This document shows positions 48,163 through 57,700 of a stretch of 64,000 nucleotides of DNA, one piece after another. Every line of letters starts with the position of its first letter. The stretch's first letter is position 1. The DNA comes from an uncultured Porphyromonadaceae bacterium (GTDB lineage Bacteria; Bacteroidota; Bacteroidia; Bacteroidales; Muribaculaceae). The notes beneath the pieces are model-generated. The model did not search any database, was not told the DNA's origin, and worked only from the letters and a program-made list of their open reading frames with translations. Location of the stretch: assembly GCA_945873625.1 (NCBI GenBank), contig CAMCDS010000002.1, forward strand, positions 21,354 to 85,353, in the 5' to 3' direction. Both the position numbers and the translations under genes were made by a program.

Positions 48163-48888
48163 ATGCAAGACGTAGTCGTAATTATACCTACCTTCAACGA
48201 GATAGAGAACATCCCCCGGATGCTCGACACTGTGATGTCGCTTCCGGAGCGTTTCGACGTGCTTGTGGTCGACGACAATTCCCCCGACGGAACCGCCTCG
48301 GCCGTGCGCGACGCCATGCGCCGATACCCCGACCGCATCTTCCTTGAGGAGAGGCGTGGAAAGCTCGGACTCGGCACCGCCTATATCCACGGGTTCAAGT
48401 GGGCGCTCGCCAAAGGCTACGACTATGTGATAGAGATGGATGCCGACTTCTCCCACAATCCCCAGGACTTGCTCAAACTCTATGGAGCCTGCAAGCGCGA
48501 AGGAGCCGATGTGGCTGTCGGTTCGCGCTATATCACAGGCGTTAACGTGGTCAACTGGCCGATGGGGCGCGTACTGATGTCTTACTATGCCTCGGCCTAC
48601 GTGAGGCTCATTACCGGTCTTCACCTTCGAGACACGACAGCCGGATTCGTATGCTATAAGAGCCGAGTGCTCCGCGACATAGATCTTGACACAATCGAAT
48701 TCAAGGGGTATGCCTTCCAGATCGAGATGAAGTTCAAGGCCCACAGAAAGAAATTCAAGATTGTGGAGGTGCCCATCGTGTTTGTCAACCGCGTGCTCGG
48801 TGAGTCGAAGATGAACGGCAGCATATTCGGAGAAGCCGTGTTCGGAGTGATAAAGCTCCGCCTTAAAAGCCTTTTCGGAAAGTTCTGA
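48163..48888 (+). CDS. Polyprenol monophosphomannose synthase-like GT2
   Basis: IIPTFNE, VDDNSPDGT, KLGLGTAY, EMDADFSHNP, GSRY, DTTAGF, YAFQIEMK. Confidence 0.92.
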   Translation: MQDVVVIIPTFNEIENIPRMLDTVMSLPERFDVLVVDDNSPDGTASAVRDAMRRYPDRIFLEERRGKLGLGTAYIHGFKWALAKGYDYVIEMDADFSHNPQDLLKLYGACKREGADVAVGSRYITGVNVVNWPMGRVLMSYYASAYVRLITGLHLRDTTAGFVCYKSRVLRDIDLDTIEFKGYAFQIEMKFKAHRKKFKIVEVPIVFVNRVLGESKMNGSIFGEAVFGVIKLRLKSLFGKF

Positions 48889-49003
48889 CTCCCTTTGCGT
48901 GTCAGTGTGTCTACTTCGTAGATTATCATAAAGAGACTGTCCGTTCGGTCTGAGTCATCACGCCATTCCGTAATACAACAGATTTTCAATCCTCTTGCTT
49001 AAC

Positions 49004-50365
49004 ATGACCGATATACTCTTCATCAATGCCCTCATTGTCAACGAGGGAAAGACCATAAAAGGATTTCTCGCCACTGAAGGCGAACGCATCACTGCCGTAG
49101 GCGAAGGTAAGCCCGAGACTTCCCTGACAGCCGAAGCAAAAGAAGTGGTCGACCTCGAAGGCAAGATGCTCCTGCCCGGATGCATCGACGACCAGGTGCA
49201 TTTCCGCGATCCGGGACTCACCCACAAGGGGGACATCGAGACAGAGAGCCGGGCGGCTCTCGCCGGTGGCGTTACCTCATTTATGGATATGCCCAACTGT
49301 AAGCCCCCGACAGTGTCGGTCGAGGCCTGGGAGCAGAAGATGAAGAGGGCTGAGGATGTGTCGGCAGTCAATTGGTCGTTCTGGATCGGAGCCACCGACT
49401 CCAATATAGATGAGCTTCGTAAGGCCGACTATTCACGCATACCGGGCGTAAAGGTGTTTCTCGGTGCCTCGACGGGAAATATGCTCGTTTCTGATGAAGA
49501 GGCTCTCGACGCTATTTTCTCTCTCCCTTCGATTGTTGCCGTGCACAGTGAGGACGAAGCCACTATAGCCTCCAACAAGGCCCGCTTTCTGGCGGAATAC
49601 GGTGAGGGACGGATTCCGATAAAGTGTCATCCGCTCATCAGAAGCACCGACGCATGCGCCGTGTCGACGGCACGTGCCATAGAAAGGGCACGCAGGCTCG
49701 GAACGCGGCTTCACCTGCTGCACGTATCCACCGCCGAGGAGGCTCGGATGCTCACCTCCGAACCGCTTGCCGACAAGAAGATTACGGCCGAGGTGTGTGT
49801 GCACCATCTCTGGTTTACCGACAGCGACTATGACCGTCTGGGTGCCCGTATCAAATGGAATCCGGCCGTGAAGACGGAATCGGACCGCGAGGAGCTCCGC
49901 AAAGCCGTGCTCGACGGCCGCATCGACATCGTGGCTACCGACCATGCTCCCCATCTGCCGTCGGAGAAGGAGGGCGACGCTCTCCACGCAGCCTCGGGAG
50001 GTCCGCTGGTGCAACATTCACTTCAGATGATGCTTGAACTGTGCCGCGAAGGAGTACTCTCCCATGAGGATGTTGTAAGTCTCATGGCCCACCGTCCGGC
50101 CGAGCTGTTCCATATAGAGGACCGAGGCTATCTGCGGTCGGGATACTACGCCGACCTTGTGGTGGTGAATCCCGATGCCGACACAGAGGTGGCTCCAGCC
50201 AACATACTTACAAAATGCGGATGGTCTCCGCTTGAAGGCGTGCGTCTGCATAATACTGTGGAGCAGGTGTTTGTCAACGGTTCGAAAGCATATTCCTCTG
50301 CGGACGGCAGCCATACCTTCCTTCCCCACACATCAAAGCCCCTCAGATTCAAGGAAGCCGAATGA
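49004..50365 (+). CDS. pyrC: Dihydroorotase
   Basis: PGCIDDQVHFRDPG, DMPN, carboxylated-Lys region KVFLG, HSED, HLLHVST, KWNPAVK, ATDHAPH; start set at ATG 49004. Confidence 0.92.
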   Translation: MTDILFINALIVNEGKTIKGFLATEGERITAVGEGKPETSLTAEAKEVVDLEGKMLLPGCIDDQVHFRDPGLTHKGDIETESRAALAGGVTSFMDMPNCKPPTVSVEAWEQKMKRAEDVSAVNWSFWIGATDSNIDELRKADYSRIPGVKVFLGASTGNMLVSDEEALDAIFSLPSIVAVHSEDEATIASNKARFLAEYGEGRIPIKCHPLIRSTDACAVSTARAIERARRLGTRLHLLHVSTAEEARMLTSEPLADKKITAEVCVHHLWFTDSDYDRLGARIKWNPAVKTESDREELRKAVLDGRIDIVATDHAPHLPSEKEGDALHAASGGPLVQHSLQMMLELCREGVLSHEDVVSLMAHRPAELFHIEDRGYLRSGYYADLVVVNPDADTEVAPANILTKCGWSPLEGVRLHNTVEQVFVNGSKAYSSADGSHTFLPHTSKPLRFKEAE

Positions 50366-52356
50366 ACGAACTGCCCGAAAATCTCGACCTCATAAACCCT
50401 GAGTTCATCCAGGCGTGGAATCTCATCAGGCACACCAACAAAAGTGTGTTTCTGACGGGAAAGGCGGGCACGGGCAAATCGACATTCCTGCGCTATATAT
50501 GCAAGAACACGAAGAAGAAATACGTAGTGCTTGCTCCCACGGGTATAGCCGCCGTCAATGTAGGCGGCGTAACGCTCCACTCCTTCTTCCACATCCCTCT
50601 CCGCCCCATTCCGCCGGACGACCCCGACTACACGGTGTCGAGGATACTGCGCAAGCTGAAGCTAACGAAAGAGCAGTTCAGGGTAATCAGGAACGTAGAG
50701 CTGATAATCATCGACGAAGTGTCGATGGTGCGTCCTGACATCATCGACTTTATCGACCGCCTCCTGCAGGCCGTTACCGGCAACCGTCGCGAACCTTTCG
50801 GCGGCAAACAGCTTCTGCTCGTCGGCGACATATTTCAGCTCGAGCCTGTGGTTACATCCGACACCCGCACAATCCTGAGCAGATATTATACAGACTTTTT
50901 CTTCTTCAACGCTCTCGCTTACAGCCGTATTCCGCTCGTTTCGATCGAGCTGAAAAAGGTCTACCGACATTCTGACCCTTCGTTTATCTCAATGCTCGAC
51001 AGGATAAGGGTCAACAAAGCGTCGGGCGAAGACCTGAGGCGTCTCAATTCCCGACTCGTCTCAGTCGCTGACGCCGGAACAGACAGTTCGGATGAGTTTG
51101 TGATGACTCTTGCCTCACGCCGCGGGCTGGCCGATGCCATCAACAGCCGGATGATGCAACAGAATCCAAATCCGGAAACGGTATTCATCGGAAAGATTGA
51201 GGGTGATTTTCCCGAGCGTTCCCTTCCCACCGACCTCAATCTGGCCGTGAAGAAAGACGAGCAGATAATTCTTATCAAGAACGACAAAGACAAGCGGTGG
51301 GTCAACGGCACGCTTGCCCGCGTGGAAGCCATTGAAAACGATTCCATAAGGATTATACTCGAAGACGGCTCGACTCATACGCTTGAACGCGAGGTGTGGG
51401 ACAACGTAAAGTATACTTTCGACGAAAAGGAGAAGAAAGTCAACGAAGAGATAATCGGGCGTTTCATACAGTTCCCGATAAAGGCGGCATGGGCGCTGAC
51501 GGTGCATAAGAGTCAGGGGCTGACGTTCAACAAGGTTTCGATAGAACTTGGCGACGGAGCCTTTTCGGCCGGACAGACCTACGTCGCGCTGAGCCGCTGC
51601 CGTTCGTTCGAGGGTCTGCGTTTCCACTCCCCCATCAGCCGCCGCGACGTGATAGTGAGCCGCGGAGCCGTAGAGTTTTCGTCCACCTTCAACGATGCCT
51701 CGCAGGTGAACGGAGCGCTTGAAGAGGCGCGTACGAAGATTCTTCTATCGGAAGCCAACGAGGCGTTCGACAGCCGCGACATGCGCACGGCAGTGGAGAA
51801 GGCCATCGAAGGACTGCCGGCAGAAGGGAAGCCCGGCCGTGCCCTCGCGGCGCGTTTCATTTCGCGCAGACTGCTTGCGCTTGAAAAGGCGGAAGCAGAA
51901 GTGCGCGAGATGAAAGGCCGCATGGCCTCACTCGCCTCGGAGTTTGTCAGGATGGGCAACGAATGTCTGAAGGTAGCGGGTGCCGAAGAGGCTGCTATCT
52001 CAAATTTCGACAAGGCCCTTACGCTCGACCCCTCCTGCCCTGAAGCTATCGAAGGGAGGATACGCACACTTATTTCCACACGCAGGCTGATAGAGGCTTC
52101 GAGTGCTCTCGAGCTTGCCGACGCTGCAAGGAGTCTGCCTACATTCAGCTTTCATTTTCTTGACGGTATGCTTGCGGAGGCAATCGGCGCCCCCGACAAG
52201 GCGCTGGTAAGTTTCCAGCAGGCTTCTGACGCAGATAAAGGCAACGCTGAGGTTCACGACAGGATGGCTGACATACTCGATAAGCTCGACTTCCCCGACA
52301 TGGCGGAGACCCACAGGGAGAAAGCCCGGAAACTGAGAAAACGGAAAAGGAGATAA
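50362..52356 (+). CDS. PIF1/RecD-like SF1B helicase with C-terminal TPR repeats
   Basis: GKAGTGKS, LAPTGIAA, IIDEVSM, GDIFQLEPV, WALTVHKSQGLT, YVALSR; TPR-like C-terminus; ATGA overlap with pyrC. Confidence 0.9.
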   Translation: MNELPENLDLINPEFIQAWNLIRHTNKSVFLTGKAGTGKSTFLRYICKNTKKKYVVLAPTGIAAVNVGGVTLHSFFHIPLRPIPPDDPDYTVSRILRKLKLTKEQFRVIRNVELIIIDEVSMVRPDIIDFIDRLLQAVTGNRREPFGGKQLLLVGDIFQLEPVVTSDTRTILSRYYTDFFFFNALAYSRIPLVSIELKKVYRHSDPSFISMLDRIRVNKASGEDLRRLNSRLVSVADAGTDSSDEFVMTLASRRGLADAINSRMMQQNPNPETVFIGKIEGDFPERSLPTDLNLAVKKDEQIILIKNDKDKRWVNGTLARVEAIENDSIRIILEDGSTHTLEREVWDNVKYTFDEKEKKVNEEIIGRFIQFPIKAAWALTVHKSQGLTFNKVSIELGDGAFSAGQTYVALSRCRSFEGLRFHSPISRRDVIVSRGAVEFSSTFNDASQVNGALEEARTKILLSEANEAFDSRDMRTAVEKAIEGLPAEGKPGRALAARFISRRLLALEKAEAEVREMKGRMASLASEFVRMGNECLKVAGAEEAAISNFDKALTLDPSCPEAIEGRIRTLISTRRLIEASSALELADAARSLPTFSFHFLDGMLAEAIGAPDKALVSFQQASDADKGNAEVHDRMADILDKLDFPDMAETHREKARKLRKRKRR

Positions 52357-52375
52357 ACTGATTACCCATTTTATT

Positions 52376-52410
52376 AAAAAGGCCGGGCACTGCGTGGTGT
52401 CCGGCCTTTA
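52376..52410. terminator. Bidirectional terminator between the convergent helicase and lpxA paralog
   Basis: AAAGGCCGGGCAC-TGCGTG-GTGTCCGGCCTTT with A/T runs on both sides. Confidence 0.75.
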
Positions 52411-52431
52411 TCGTGATTGTAATGTGGGAAA

Positions 52432-53226
52432 TCAAAGCATGTCGTTGCGCTCGAGAGCCACGATTTTAAGATTGTGGTTCTCGATAAAGGAGACAATCGC
52501 ATCGCGCTCCTTGCCCCGGTGCACATCAGCCTCAATGCGTTTCAGCGCATTGAATATCGACGTGTTGCACTGATATATGTGTCGGTAGCACTTTGCGATG
52601 TCGTCGATAGTCTCTTCCGGCATCTTCTCCTTGCGCAGGATGAAGGCATTGACACCGTAGTAGGTAATCGGGTTGTGGGCCATGATGACGTAGGGCGGCA
52701 CGTGGCCGTTGACACGGCATCCACCTTTGATAAGCACCCACTCCCCAATCTCGCATCTCTCGTGCACAAGGGCGTTGGAGGATAGAATCGTGCAGTTGCC
52801 GATCTTGCAGTCGCCTGCGATTTTCACGGCATTGCCGATTACGCAATGGTCGCCGATTTCGGAGTCGTGTCCTATGTGCGACTGGGCCATCACGAAGCTG
52901 TGGGATCCGATTTTGGTCGACGATTCAGGTCTGATTCCACGGTTGATTATCACGTGTTCGCGAATCACGTTGTTGTCGCCTATCTCCACAAGCGTCTTCT
53001 CCCCTTTCCAGCGGAAGTCCTGAGGCTCGGCGGCTATGATGGCGCCCTCGTAGATAACGTTGTTCTTGCCAATGCGCGCGCCAGAGAGGACGCTTGCGTG
53101 CGGACGGATATGGCATCCGTCGCCTATCACGGTGTCTTCGTCGATGAAGGCGAAGGCATCGACTATTACGTCGTCGCCTATCCGGGCGGCGGGGTTGACG
53201 AATGCCAGCGGGCTGATGTGAGTCAT
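52432..53226 (-). CDS. Acyl-ACP--UDP-N-acetylglucosamine O-acyltransferase-like protein (LpxA paralog)
   Basis: Hexapeptide repeats, PQD, IREHVIINRG, HIGHD (catalytic His), VPPY, GVN. Confidence 0.88.
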   Translation of the reverse strand: MTHISPLAFVNPAARIGDDVIVDAFAFIDEDTVIGDGCHIRPHASVLSGARIGKNNVIYEGAIIAAEPQDFRWKGEKTLVEIGDNNVIREHVIINRGIRPESSTKIGSHSFVMAQSHIGHDSEIGDHCVIGNAVKIAGDCKIGNCTILSSNALVHERCEIGEWVLIKGGCRVNGHVPPYVIMAHNPITYYGVNAFILRKEKMPEETIDDIAKCYRHIYQCNTSIFNALKRIEADVHRGKERDAIVSFIENHNLKIVALERNDML

Positions 53227-53262
53227 AAAGATCTGGTTTAGATGGTGAGTTAACTTAGATGG

Positions 53263-54645
53263 TTATCGGCCTCCGCCTACTGCCTGATAGAGGCTGACGA
53301 GGGCGGCGGCGCGGGCATGCCAGCAGGCGAGGCTCGAGAGCTGCGACTGCAGGAGAGCCGAACGTGCCGTGAGCACTTCAAGGTATGTGGTGCCTTTGTT
53401 GCCGAAGGCGAGGAGTTCCTGTGTGTACTCAACCGATTTCTCAAGCTGGTCGATCTGCTGCAGGATAAACTCGCGCTTCTCTGCGTTCTTGCTCAGCTCT
53501 ACAAGAGCGTCGCTAACTTCGGCTGCGGCGTTGAGCACGGAATACTCGAAGTTGTTGAGTGCCTGCTGCTGCCGTGCCTTTGCCGCCTCAAGGGTGGCGA
53601 TGTTCTGTCCGCGCGAGAAGAGGGGCGCTGTCAGCGATCCTGCAAGCTGAATAAACCATTTGCCCGGATTGGAGATGAAGCTGCCGAGCAGGTTGGTGAA
53701 TCCGCCGTTGGACGAGATTACGATGCTCGGATAGAAATTGGCGCGGGCCGAGTTGGTAGCATAGTAGGCTGCGGCGAGCGAGCGCTCTGCCGCGTGCACG
53801 TCAGGACGGGCGGCGAGATAGCTCATGGGCACACCGTCGACGAGGGCTTTCGGCAGGTCGAAGTCGAGGCTTGACGTTACCTCCCATGTCTGGGGCGTGG
53901 TGTTAAGCAGAAGCGAGAGAGTGTTCTGCATCACGTGGATCTGACGCTCGAGGTCGGGGATGGTCGCAAGCACGCCGTAGTAGTTCGCGCGACTCTGCAC
54001 CACGGCTGCCTCATTGACGTAGGCTGCCTCTTTCATGAGAGCCATCGACTCTACCTGCTCCTTCCATATCTCCGAAGTGCGCTTTGTGAGGTCAAGCTGC
54101 TGGTTGAGGAGTACAAGCGTATAATAGACATTGGCTACGCCGCAGACTATCTGCGAGCGGGCCGCCTGCTCGTAGGCCTGCATCATCTCTACGTTTACCT
54201 GGGCTCCGCGCTTTCTGTTGAGTATCTTTCCGAAAGCGTCAATTTCCCAGTTGAGGGCCAGGGGAATCTGGTAAGTCCAGTTGATGTGACTTCGGTCGTA
54301 GCTTGCTCCCGAGCCGTTGATATTGATGGCAGCCGAGGGGAAATAGCTGAGTTTGGCTCCTTTGAGCTGTGCGCGGGCGATGTCGACATTGAGGCGGGCG
54401 TTTTCCAGGTCGCGGTTGTTGGTGAGCGCGAGCCTGATGAGGTTCTGCAGCTGGGGGTCGGTAAACACCTGTTCCCATCCGAGATACGGCAGTGAGGTGC
54501 TGTCGGCCACTTCCCGCGTGGCTTTCGCGTAGTCGGCCACTATCGCGCTGTCGGCTACCGGCATCTCATATTTCTTATAGAGATTGCATCCCGTGAGGCT
54601 TACCAGTGCTGCAGCGGCTATGGTGTATTTTAATATGCGGTTCAT
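53263..54645 (-). CDS. Efflux outer-membrane factor lipoprotein (OprM/NodT family)
   Basis: Lipobox LTG-C, DPQLQNLIRLALTNNRDL, WEIDAFGK, RPDVHAAE, YLEVLTA, LYQAVGGG. Confidence 0.95.
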   Translation of the reverse strand: MNRILKYTIAAAALVSLTGCNLYKKYEMPVADSAIVADYAKATREVADSTSLPYLGWEQVFTDPQLQNLIRLALTNNRDLENARLNVDIARAQLKGAKLSYFPSAAININGSGASYDRSHINWTYQIPLALNWEIDAFGKILNRKRGAQVNVEMMQAYEQAARSQIVCGVANVYYTLVLLNQQLDLTKRTSEIWKEQVESMALMKEAAYVNEAAVVQSRANYYGVLATIPDLERQIHVMQNTLSLLLNTTPQTWEVTSSLDFDLPKALVDGVPMSYLAARPDVHAAERSLAAAYYATNSARANFYPSIVISSNGGFTNLLGSFISNPGKWFIQLAGSLTAPLFSRGQNIATLEAAKARQQQALNNFEYSVLNAAAEVSDALVELSKNAEKREFILQQIDQLEKSVEYTQELLAFGNKGTTYLEVLTARSALLQSQLSSLACWHARAAALVSLYQAVGGGR

Positions 54646-54666
54646 TTGGGTCTAAGTCTGAATTGA

Positions 54667-54699
54667 GTCCCCCGGTCTCCGGCGCGGAGGCCGGGGGAC
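54667..54699. other. 15-bp GC-rich hairpin between the RND permease and OMF genes
   Basis: GTCCCCCGGTCTCCG-GCG-CGGAGGCCGGGGGAC. Confidence 0.6.
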
Positions 54700-54708
54700 G
54701 ATGGATTG

Positions 54709-57700
54709 TCATTTATCGGGGAGATACTGTTCGAGTTCCGATGATATTCCGGAGTTGTCTTTGTCTTCCCAGCGTATGGGCGAAATCTTCTCCTGCACCT
54801 TCTGGAAGGCCACGAAGAGCGCGGGAACCACAAGCACCTGCAGAATCATGCCGATAAGCATGCCACCGATGGCACCTGATCCGAGCGCGTGGTTGCCGTT
54901 GGCACCTGCGCCGTGGGCGAACATCATCGGGAGCAGACCGATAATCATGGCGAGCGAGGTCATGAGGATAGGACGCAGACGGGCTTCGGCACCCTGAATG
55001 GCGGCCTTGACGATGGTCATGCCCGTTCGGCGGCGTTCGAGGGCGAACTCCACGATAAGGATGGCGTTCTTGGCCAGCAGGCCTATGAGCATGATAAGCG
55101 CGATCTGGAGATAGATGTTGTTGTCGATACCCATGAATCTGGCGAAGATAAACGTACCCATGAGGCCGAAGGGAACCGACAGGATAACCGCCCAGGGAAG
55201 CATGTAGCTCTCATACTGGGCCGAGAGAAGCAGATAGACGAACAGAAGCACAAGGCCGAATACGTATGCGGTGTTGCTGCTGCCGGTCGAGGCCTCCTCT
55301 CGCGTCAGACCCGAGTATTCATAGCCGAAACCTACGGGGAGGGTCTGCGCGGCCACTTCCTCGATGGCGGCAATGGCTTCGCCCGACGACACTCCGGGTG
55401 CGGGAGAACCCGTAACCGAGATGCTCGTAAACATGTTGAATCGGTTGATTACGTCGGGACCGTAGACACGTTTAAGACTCACGAAGTTGTCGATGGGCGC
55501 CATGGTGGCTCCGTTGCGCACCTTGACCTGCTTCAGCGTCTCGGGCGACACGCGCGACTCGGGATTGGCCTGCATCATGACGCGGTAGAGCTTACCGAAA
55601 CGGTTGAAGTTGGAGATATACATACCTCCGTAATAGCCCTGCAGGGCCGTGAGGATGGCGTTCTGGGTCAGTCCGGCCTGCTTCACCTTGGCGACGTCAA
55701 TCTCCACAAGATACTGAGGGAATGTCGGGTTGAAGGTAGAATAGGCCATCGAGATTTCCGGACGCGCGTTGAGTGCGCCGATAAACTGCTGATAGACCGT
55801 GAAGAAGTTGTCGAGCGAACCGCCGGTCTTGTCCTGAAGCTTGATCTCGAAACCGTTGGTTACCGAGTAACCGCTGATCATAGGCGGCTTGAAGAACATG
55901 ATTCGTCCGTCCTTGATCTGCGAACACTTCTGATAGAGCATGCCGAGCACGGCGTTGGCCGTCTGGTTGTCGCCCTTACGCTCGCTCCAGTTCCTCAGTT
56001 TGATGATGAACGAACCGTAGGTATTGCCCTGTCCGCCGACAAACGAATAGCCTGTGATGGCTGTGCGGAACTCGATTTCGGGGATAGTGGCGGCGATGCT
56101 GTCCACCTGGTCCATGATGCGCTTCGTGGTCTCTTTCGAAGTGGCGGGAGGCATGTCGACCACGCCCATGATGGTGCCGGTGTCCTCCTCGGGCACGAGC
56201 GAGGTCGCGGTAGTCGACATGAGCCATACGAGCACGCATACGCTGGCGGCCACAAGGCCAAAGCTGAGCCACTTGTTGTTGACGAAGAAGGATGTCCAGC
56301 CCGAATACTTGTTGAGCAGCTTGTTGAATGTCTTGTTGAAGCTTTCGAGGAAGCGCTTCGACATCATACCGATGAGGGCGAGCACGGCCACCACCACTGC
56401 TATGACACTCAGCGTAACATTCTCGAAGCTATACCATCCGAGCACGAGAAAGACCACTGCCGCGATGATGAAGAGCGTGGTGATTATCGGGGGGAACGAG
56501 GGAAGAAGACGCTTCTTGTATGTCTCCTTCACGGCCTCGCCGGCTGCCGAGTAGGCTTCGCCGAGGCGTTCCTTGAGCGAGGCGTCGGTCTTGTGGGGCT
56601 TCAGGAAGATGGCGCAGAGGGCAGGCGAAAGCGTCAGTGCGTTGATAGCCGAGAGGCCGATGGCCATGGCCATGGTGAGACCGAACTGGCGGTAGAACAC
56701 ACCCGACGTACCACCCATGAACGACACGGGGATGAACACGAGCATCATGACGAGCGTAATCGAGATGATGGCGCCCGCAATCTCGCTCATGGCGTCGATG
56801 GATGCCTGTCGGGCCGACTGATAGCCTTGGTCGAGTTTCGCGTGTACCGCCTCGACCACCACTATCGCATCGTCGACCACAATCGCAATCGCGAGCACAA
56901 GAGCGGAGAGGGTAAGAAGGTTGATCGAGAACCCGAATATCATCAGCAGAAAGAAAGTACCGATAAGGGCCACGGGAATCGCAATCATCGGGATAAGCGT
57001 CGACCGGAAGTCCTGCAGGAAGATGAACACCACGAGGAACACGAGCACGAACGCCTCTATCAGGGTCTTGATTACCTCGTGGATCGAGGCGAAGAGGAAG
57101 TCGTTGACGTTCATCGAAGTGGTGATGACTATTCCCTTGGGAGCCTCCTTCTGGAATTTTTCAAGCTCCTTCTGTATGTCGTTGACCACCTGTGTGGCGT
57201 TCGAGCCGGCCGACTGGAACACGATGGCCGAGCAGCCGATATGTCCGTTGGTGGTGGATTCAAAGCCGTAGGTGAGTCGGCCGAGCTCCACGTCGGCCAC
57301 GTCTTTGAGTCGGAGCATCTCACCCTCGGGCGTGGCGCGGATTATGATGTCTTCAAAGTCTTTCTCTTCGGCGAGACGACCCTTGTAGCGCATCACGTAC
57401 TGGAAGCTCTGGTTGCCGTTTTCACCAAACTGGCCGGGAGCCGCCTCGATGTTCTGTTCGGCGAGCGCAGCCGATATGTCGGTAGGCATGAGGCCGTACT
57501 GGGCCATAACGTCGGGCTTGAGCCATATACGCATCGAATAGTCGGCACCCATCACCATGGCGTCGCCGACACCCGACACACGCTTGATGACAGGCACGAT
57601 GTTGATAGCCATATAGTTCTCGATGAACTCCTCGCTATACTGGTCGTCGGTCGAGAATATATTGACCACCACGAGCATCGACGACTGACGCTTCTGCGTG

